Of a DNA stretch of 64,000 nt, positions 52,648-64,000 are shown in pieces (position 1 is the first letter of the stretch; each line of letters opens with the position of its first letter). Made by a program: the position numbers and the translations under genes. Source of the DNA: the human T2T-CHM13v2.0 reference genome, Homo sapiens. A model generated the notes under the pieces. The model did no database searches, had not been told where the DNA came from, and saw nothing but the letters and a program-made list of their open reading frames with translations. Location of the stretch: NCBI RefSeq assembly GCF_009914755.1, contig NC_060926.1; one strand, given 5' to 3'.

Positions 52648-53084
52648 TACGGTTTGAATGTGGTTTGTTGTCCTCACCAAAGCTGATGCTGAAATTGGAC
52701 CCCTACTGTGGCAGTGTTGGCAGGTGAGGCCTGGTGGAAGTGTTTGGGTCATGGGGATGGATCCTTCATAGACAGCTTGGTGCTGTTCTCATGGTAGTAA
52801 GTTCTCACTCTCTGGAGAGTAGATTAGTTATTGCAGTAATGAATTAGTTCCCTTGAGAGCAAGGGTTACAATGCAAGTTTCCTCCTTCTGTTTGGCTCTC
52901 TGCACATGTCCACTTCCCCTTTGACCTTCTCTGCCACGTTGTGCAGCACAAAAGCCTTTGCCAGAAGCCAGGGCCATGCTCTTGAGCTTCCCAGCCTACC
53001 TAACTATGTGCTAAATAAAACTCTTAAAAAAAAAATTACCCAGTCTCAGGTATTCTTTTATGGCAACACAAAATGGACTAAGAC
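52648..53084 (+). mobile_element. MSTB-like MaLR LTR
   Basis: acggtttgaatgtggtttgttgtcc...aaatggactaagaca. Confidence 0.8.
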
Positions 53085-53219
53085 AGTCTTTCTCTCCCTT
53101 TTCCAAGACTGAGCAAATCTCCTTCTACCTGGCTCTTTTTTTGGCTAGATTAATATCGTTGGTCAAGGTAGGCCCTATCATGGGATGGAAGTAGACAGTA
53201 GAGAAATGGCTTGGGCATC

Positions 53220-53588
53220 TGAAATGGACTGGGTGTTTGTGGTTCCCCAAAATTCACCTGTTGAAATCCTAACAACCAATTTGAGTGTATTAGGAGGTGT
53301 GGCCTCTGGTAGGAGAATAAGCCATGAGGATAGAGCCCTGGTGAATGAGATTAGTGCCCTTGTAAAAGATACCCTAGACAACTCTCTCACCCTCTTTCTA
53401 CCAGGTGAGGAGACAACCAGAAGTCTGCAGTCTGCAACCCAGAAGAGAAGACCTTCATCCGAACCCAACCATACTGGCAATCTGATCTTAGACTTCCAGC
53501 ATCCAAAACTGTGAGAAATAAATTTATATTGTTTATAGCCACCCAGTTTAGGGTACTTTGTTACCAAAGTCCAAACTGACTAAGACAA
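53220..53588 (+). mobile_element. MLT1A-like MaLR LTR
   Basis: atggactgggtgtttgtggttccccaaaattcacctgttgaaatccta...aactgactaagaca. Confidence 0.8.
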
Positions 53589-53857
53589 CATCTCTTTCAC
53601 AAAGGGCCTCTGTTATAGCAGGCTACCCAGAGAGCCAAGAGATACAATAATGCAATTGAAGAATGACATGCATCGTACACATTTATGCTTGAACTCCAAT
53701 AACAGTCCACATTGCCTGGGTGCACTATGAAAGACTAATTTCACAAATCCCATAATTATCTTGTAACACAATTATATTGTAGTATGTGTTATATATTAGT
53801 GTTAATTACCTCAATGTAAACATTTAGAATAGCACAATTTTAAAAGTCTGTTTTGTG

Positions 53858-54222
<365 letters not shown>

Positions 54223-54319
54223 TCAAGTAGCTCTTGTTTGAACATTATCTCTCTAAAAATGGGAATTTGCAGGTCTTTACCCTGTTCAGTTATGTGTTAG
54301 CTAATTAGCAAGTGAGAGA

Positions 54320-55158
<839 letters not shown>

Positions 55159-55816
55159 TCACCTTGCTGTTGCCCACACACACCACCTTCAAATCCTACC
55201 CAGAGTACCACTGCCCCCAATATCCACATCTGAAATCATCTTTCAGAGCCTAACTTGAGCCTGGGCTTGCCAGAAATGACTCTATTAATCACTTACTGCC
55301 CTTGATGCAGGACTTTGTGCTTCAGATTTTGAACAGCAATGAAACAGAGAGAGAACAAATCCAGAATGGGGTGAAGTGTTGCCTTAAGGAAGACAATTCA
55401 AGCAATAATATTAAATTACTTTAGAAAAGTGGATGGAAAATAAGGAAATACACCCACACAGCAAAACTTTTAAAGTTTTTCCAGATAGAGGGACTTTCAT
55501 TCATTCACAGCAACAGCTTTGAGTTATTAGGAGATTTTTTTTTCACATGCAAATATTGCAATGTATGTGAAGGGATATGGTGTAAAGATGGGTTACAAAG
55601 AAGCTAAGTTAGAGGGAATCAGCAGAGCCAAACTTTGGCTCTTTTCAAAGACTAAAATAAAAGAGCCAAAACCGGCAAATTCATAAAGAAATAAAAAAAG
55701 AAAGCACAAATAAACAATATTAGCAGTAAAAAGTGAACATTATAGATACAATGAAGACTTTCTTAAAGAAAGAAAACTAAGAACAACTTTTTGGCAACAA
55801 ATCTGAAAACAGATTC

Positions 55817-56498
<682 letters not shown>

Positions 56499-57949
56499 AC
56501 AGATTAAGTGGATAACTGACTAGAAAAAAATATAACTCATCAAAGCAATTCAATAAGAAAGTAAGTAGGTTAGAGTATACATAATGGATTTAGGCAGAGA
56601 AAATAGACTTAACCTCAAATAATTAAGTGCCAGTTCAAGGCAAGTGACAGAAAAGGCATTCTGGAATTCCTTTTGCAGCAAGCCAAGTGCAGTAAAAATG
56701 GGCCTTTTCCCCAGTGGTTGTACCAATTGCCTACCCATAATGTTCAAAGTGAAGACTTAACTGTCATTATCAATGACTGAGCCAGATTTTTTTCTCACAT
56801 TGATGTCTTGTTGACCTGCAAGTTTTCCTGAAACTTCTGCCAATAATATTACCTTTATGGGCCTCTACTTTAAGCATTCTGTGCACTGTAACTGGCCTAA
56901 AGCATTAGGCCAGCAGTTCTGAACATTTGGGTCTGCAGGATACCTTTGAATACTAGTGGTACACTTGAAAGAAAGTCTTCAGACAATACTAAACAAATCA
57001 GCAATAATTACGATACAATCCTACTATAATATAACAACATAGCTCTGACTGTAAAAGCAGCCACACTTGCGATTGTCACTCTCTAGCAGCATGTTACTAT
57101 TTAGGCAGATCCTATTACTGCCTAACTGTACCCTAGTATACACTTTTAAGGTCATAACCTTACATCTCACATCCAACCAACAGAAGACCTTTCTAGGTAC
57201 CAGCTTAAACTTTTCCTTATACCTTTTATGTGTTACCCACAGCAAGTTCTATGCTACTGTACTATGCTATTGTGTCATATAATCCCCTCTGCCTATTCCA
57301 GTTGATAGACATCATGTAAATACCTGTATACTGAATCCCAGAACGAATTACTGTTACACATGAGTCAAAAATTGACAACACCCTCCCACCCTCCTGTGAA
57401 GAGCTTACCTTACACTTTGTACATAGCTGAGAACTGCCAGGCACCATTAGCAAGCCAACAGGCAACAAAGATTTCCCAAAGCATTGTGTACATCTTATTG
57501 AGTTTCACTGAGATGATTGTAGACAGATGATTTTTTATTTCGAAGTTATGCAGGTATTTGTGATATGTATTAGGAGGAAACGCAACCAGCATCTCAAACA
57601 TGGGTTTTCACAGATATTATGGCTTAAATAATTTAAATGGATTTAGCTAGTGATTTCTACATTTAAATAATAAATTTAAGTAATAATATTAAATAAAAAT
57701 AATTCAATATAATATAAAAATATAAAATTAATATTAAATAATAAATATATTTACCTTGTCATATCATTGAAATATGAATGTTAAATTGATAATAATATAT
57801 GTAGTATGAGGATATGGTAAAAATCATGAAGGTAGCATATGAGCGATTGAAGTTTAGGGTACTGGTTTATCTAATTCACTCCTTAAGACCAATATCACTC
57901 AGCAGAAGGCAAGGATCAAAGTGAAGGTGGCACTTTATAAGAATGCGCG

Positions 57950-58406
57950 TTATTATAAATGGTCTCATGTGATCTTCCCTATACAGTTGTATGGTGGATG
58001 CACCCAAAAGCAGTAACTTAAGCACACCCTGAGAATGATCTGTGGCCTCAGAAGAGTGTGTGTTCAGAGTCCTGCAGTAAGGAACCGGGGAGTGGCCAGT
58101 CCAGAGTTTCTTTCCTTATCTATGAAGGATGTCTGAACCTCTGACCCATCCCTTGGAATGCAGGTTGTATAGGGGATTGAGGCCCTTTGTTATGGGCTAG
58201 ATGGAGGGTGCAAAGTAAAAATGCTAGGTAAACTGCATGCTTTTTACAAACAGTAGGTGTTCCGTCCAGCTCACCAACACTGGACAGTCCCTGTAGGTAC
58301 ATTCCCCCAATAAACCCTATATATCATTCACTGTCTCCAAGTCTCTTCTTTGGCCTCTTGGACACAGTGCCATCCCTATTGGAATCAACAGGGGTCCAGC
58401 AAGACA
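57950..58406 (+). mobile_element. LTR47-like ERVL solo LTR
   Basis: gcagtaacttaagcacaccctgagaatga...aaggaaccggggagtggcca...aataaaccct...ggggtccagcaagaca; left boundary approximate. Confidence 0.7.
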
Positions 58407-58826
58407 ATAGTGAGATGGGAAAAGGAAATGTGGTTATGCCAACTGAGACTTAGGAAGGCTAAATAACATGTGCAATGTCACTTAGGCCATGACATGATTT
58501 CCCAGTTCCCAACATGGCACGAAGATCAAGGCTGCCTGAAGACCTTAATGGTGAGCATACCCAGTCCATCTTCCACTTGGTCCAGCTCTTTCCACCATGC
58601 CACATTTTCCCCCAAGGAAGACAAGGAGGCAACAGGGGGCCTTGAGAACACAAAAGCATGATCAGAGGGTAGAGGGGCTACAAGAAGATCCCCAGAAATA
58701 ACCCTAGAAAAGGTTATTTCTTTTTTAGAAAGAAAAGAAAACCCTCATAATACTGCTTCAGGCTGGTAAAGTTTGGAAAAAATGCCCTTCCTATACAGGA
58801 TTATGATGCATTAAAAAACAAACCGG

Positions 58827-59628
<802 letters not shown>

Positions 59629-59745
59629 GTCTAAAATCAGCTGTCTCTTAAATTTAGCCTATTTCCCCAGAAAAAGTTTCTGTGGGCAACACCACAGCAG
59701 TACAAACCTGGAGTGTTTTTTTTTCAGTGAATATTCTTTCTGGAT

Positions 59746-60100
59746 ACATTAGTTTGTTTTCACACTGCTATAAAGAAATACCCAAGACTGGGTAATTTAT
59801 GAAGGAAAGAGGTTTAATTGACTCACAGTTCCACGTGGCTCAGGAAACTTACAATCATGGCAGAAAGTGAAGGGGAAGCCGGCACATCTTGCATGGCAGC
59901 AGGCGAGAGAGAGCGAGAGCAGAGAAAGCTCCCTTTTAAAACCATCAGATCTCACGAGAACAGATCTCACTATCACAAGAACAGCATGGAGGAAACCACC
60001 CCCAAGATCCAATCACCCACCACTAGGTCTCTCCCTCAGTACCTGGGGATTAAATTCAAGTTGAGATTTGAGCAGGGAGGGCACAAAGACTAGCCATTTC
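59746..60100 (-). mobile_element. THE1/MSTA-type MaLR solo LTR
   Basis: ttagtttgttttcacactgctataaagaaatacccaagactggg...aaaaccatcagatctc. Confidence 0.85.
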
Positions 60101-60834
60101 CTTTTTTCCCTCTAGTGGTACAAGCAAGTAAGGATCAAATTCTAAGATGAAGACAGAATTCTGATGCGGCTCTTCTACAATGCCTTGCCTGAGTCAGAGA
60201 TGTTCATTGCCCCCTCCCCAAGAAATAAATGAAAGTTTCTAGGGAACCCCAGATAAGAGATGAAGGGATTTGGTTTCTGTGCGGAAAGAAAAGTGTGAGG
60301 GTCTTGAGGATTCTGAGTATTGTAAGGAAGAATAATTTAAATATAAATGAGATTTGAATTTATCACACAAAATGGAGGGAATTTTCCTCCTTGAAACCAG
60401 ATTTGTTCTGTATCTTAACTCAGAAATATATCAGCCCCAGAGCAAAGGGCATGGCAGCACAAGAAACAGAACTGGGTTTCGAGGCACATTTCCCCAGCCG
60501 ACTCTTTGACCTTGAGTAAGTCTCTTCCTTTCTCTGGATGGCCAGATGACCTTTCAGCACTCTTCCCATTTCAACACTGTATGATTCCAATCAAAATTTT
60601 TATAAAAAGAAAACAGAAGGAAAATCCAGACTTTACTAATCCCAAATGCAGAGCTGAGGGACACCACCTCTAGAATAATCTAGATTTGAGTCTGAAGAGT
60701 GACAAGAATGAAAACAGGATTCCTAGTGGCAGTTTCAGAGAGCCTCCAGCCCAGCAACTGATGTTGAATATGGCAGAGATTATCACTAGGACCAGGAGTC
60801 CACAGGGGTCTCACTTGGGGTCCAGAGGGGATAG

Positions 60835-61256
<422 letters not shown>

Positions 61257-61289
61257 TGATGAAGGTAAGTGCTTCAATCAACATAGTTA

Positions 61290-61597
<308 letters not shown>

Positions 61598-61656
61598 ATC
61601 ATCAATGGGCATTACTGTGCTATTCATAACGCTGCCTTATTCACCAGTTTCTTCAT

Positions 61657-62010
61657 TGTCTTGGGTCAGGTTTCTCAGAAGCTGATAGATGAGAACATGT
61701 GTGCAAGTGATTTGTTAAGAAAGGGCTCCCAGGAGAAAGCAGTAAGAGAGTTGGGGAAGCAGAATAGGGAAAGGGAGGAAGCCAGAAGGCAGGCTGAAGT
61801 CCTAGCCTCAGCCTGATCCAGGAGGGTCAGTTACACCACACAATTTGTCCTGCCTCAAGGCAGAAGAGCTCGGCTTTCCTGCTCCTTCACTCCTCAGCTA
61901 TCACCTTGGGCTGCCCTGAAGGCATGAAAACTCCTGAGTAGTTTTCACTCTTGAGAACATCCAGGGTAAGCTGCTTCTGTAGCCCAAGGGCAGTTCTCTG
62001 AAGAAGGTTA
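61657..62010 (-). mobile_element. LTR16-family ERVL LTR
   Basis: tgtcttgggtcaggtttctcagaagc...tgtgcaagtgatttgttaag. Confidence 0.55.
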
Positions 62011-62321
62011 TAGGTTTCAGCTATTAGGATAGGAGGTAAGCCCATGGAAGCTGCAGATGAGAACACAGAACTGCTCAGTATTTCCACAGGGACAAGGTGA
62101 GACACCAACACCAACAGTGTCCATAAATATTTGACTTTTCTCCCTACATGAATTATCAACTTGTTATGGGACGAAGCATGGGTTTCAGATTCAGACAGAC
62201 CTGGAATTGGGTTCCAGCTCCACCGATTACAAGGCCTGCGACTTTAAACAAAATGATTAACTACACTGAGTCTCAGTTTTTGCATCTGCAAAATTCAGTT
62301 GATTCACCTCAAATAAACAAA

Positions 62322-63000
62322 GTGCATTTAACTCCATTCTAAAACACACTCTTTTCAAATTTAAAAATCTTCCAAATCAGGATACATCTCGTAATCATTG
62401 TTGGCCAGGCAGTAATCACAAGCTTGTCTCTGCCTGTGCTCAAAAGAACTTGGTTGCAGCTGCTGACAATATTGTCACAATTGAGTTATATGCACTGTTG
62501 ATAATATAGGTGTTTCAATCCCTGTTTTAAATGTCTTCAAAATGATTACACTAGCATTCAATGTCAATAGGAAAAGTTTCCATAGAGATAGCACAGCAGA
62601 GAATGAAAACAACAGTCGAATGTGGATTTGGTGTGAGAGACATAAAAATTCTTAGAAGGAATGACCACATTTACCTACGTTTAGCAAAGCAATAAAATCA
62701 AACACAGCCTTTCTAGAACCTAAGAAAGGAAGATACCCACAAGAAGATGAATCTGTGTTGCATTTTGCTACTGAGAAGTGTGCACAAGGATTGCCCATCC
62801 TGGCAACTGAAGGCAGAGGAAATTGCTGAGCCCTTCAGAATAGATGAAAGGAATTTCAAAGCAACAAGATGCTGGTGTGAGTGATTCATATAAGACACAT
62901 CACTATCATTGTGTCGTGGTTTCAGTAGTAGTATTTTCATTCCTGGTCCATAAAATAATGGTGCATCTGGCAGTCAATTATGTCTTAGATCAAATGAAAT
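62322..63000 (+). mobile_element. TcMar-Tc2 (Kanga/MER104-related) internally deleted DNA transposon with a transposase HTH remnant
   Basis: 62725-62887 reads KGRYPQEDESVLHFATEKCAQGLPI/QLKAEEIAEPFRIDERNFKATRCWCE*F (CENP-B-type HTH, one frameshift); degenerate termini ending ...gtcttagatcaaatgaaat. Confidence 0.75.
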
Positions 63001-63299
63001 TCCCCCAAATTGCAAATGCCCCAAGATTTAGCTATACCCTGGAGCTGACAGTACTGAGCTGGATGTGAGAAAGTGAGGCCCCCCAGGAATGATGAGGCAA
63101 CATAGAAAGGCCAGGCTTCTCTTGTGGGATTCTGGGTGGCACCAAAAAGTGAACATGGGATCAACTTATAACTGGTATGGCAGGAAACCTTTAACATATG
63201 AAATACAGTAGCTAGAGATGAAAAATAACAAAGCTGTCACTTGGAGAAGTGATCTCTCCTCTGCCCTAGGCTCACTAGAGACCTTCTCTACTCGGGGGG

Positions 63300-63688
63300 T
63301 GTGCTAGTCCATTTTGCATTGCTATGAAGAAATACCTGAGGCAGAGTAATTCATAAAGAAAAGATGTTTATTTGGCTCATGTTTCTGCAGGCTGTACAAG
63401 CATGGCACCAACATCTGCTCAGCTTCTTGTGAGGCCTCAGGAAGCTTCTACTCATGGTGGAAGGCAAAGGGAGAGTGAGTCCCATGTCAAGAGAGGGAAC
63501 AAGAGAGGGAGGAGGGAGGTCCCAGACTCTTTTTAATAATCAGATCCTGCATGAACTCATTACAGGGCACTAAGCCATTCATGAGAGATCAGTACCCATG
63601 ACCCAAACACCTCCCAGCAGGCCCCACTTCCAATATTGGGGATCACGTTTCAACATAATTGGAGGGGAGGAACATCTAAACCATACCA
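63300..63688 (-). mobile_element. MSTB-like MaLR solo LTR
   Basis: tgtgctagtccattttgcattgctatgaagaaatacctgag...catctaaaccatacca. Confidence 0.85.
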
Positions 63689-63774
63689 TGGGGGATATGC
63701 AGAAACTTAATGACCCTCACATTAGGGAAACAGCAGGCCCCAGAAGGGCCCCTAGGGGCCCCTGCTGGGCCAGG

Positions 63775-63792
63775 TGTGGCCCTCTAGTGGCT
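63775..63792 (-). promoter_or_regulatory. Candidate CTCF site
   Basis: Minus strand AGCCACTAGAGGGCCACA fits the CCACYAGRKGGC core. Confidence 0.55.
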
Positions 63793-64000
63793 GTGAGAGG
63801 CTGTCCAGGGATCCCAGAGGAGGGCAGCAGAAGAGAGGCTAAGGGCAGCAGCCAGGCACCAGTTAGTGTGGAAATATTCTAATATTTAGAAAATCACTGT
63901 GGTCACATTGGTGTTTACTGGTCAAATATCAGCCCTGCTGTCCTGTATACTGTGAAAGTGAAAAGCCAAATTGTGGAAGTCTGGGCACAGTGGCTCACAT

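Noticed and set aside
57620-57800. Extremely AT-rich stretch as an origin or matrix attachment region
   Set aside because: Low-complexity sequence with no specific evidence of function.

Overview
Primate (human-like) genomic DNA, not microbial. There is one recognisable gene. A CpG island at ~13.7-14.95 kb holds the promoter and first coding exon (MAVLKLTDQ, minus strand, 14342-14316) of ANKRD44, the PP6 regulatory ankyrin-repeat subunit B; I recognise it from memory of the protein N-terminus. Bases 1-14315 are the start of its long first intron. Bases ~15-64 kb are upstream, repeat-dense intergenic DNA. It contains a decayed ERV-L provirus (gag-pro-RT-RNaseH-IN-dUTPase), a piggyBac MITE (MER75), Tc2/Kanga, Tigger and hAT fossils, many MaLR/ERVL solo LTRs, L1/L2/MIR fragments and over 40 Alus. 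Nearly all ORF-track entries are Alu, LTR or CpG-island artefacts. I found no convincing novel multi-gene system. The best leads are candidate unannotated exons in ANKRD44 intron 1 (an open in-frame 180-nt cassette, an 18-nt microexon with an RBFOX motif, and a recursive/poison-type splice cluster), an overlapping uORF, a possible ancient RPL35A retrocopy and a convergent CTCF motif pair. Repeat family names and boundaries are by eye and approximate.
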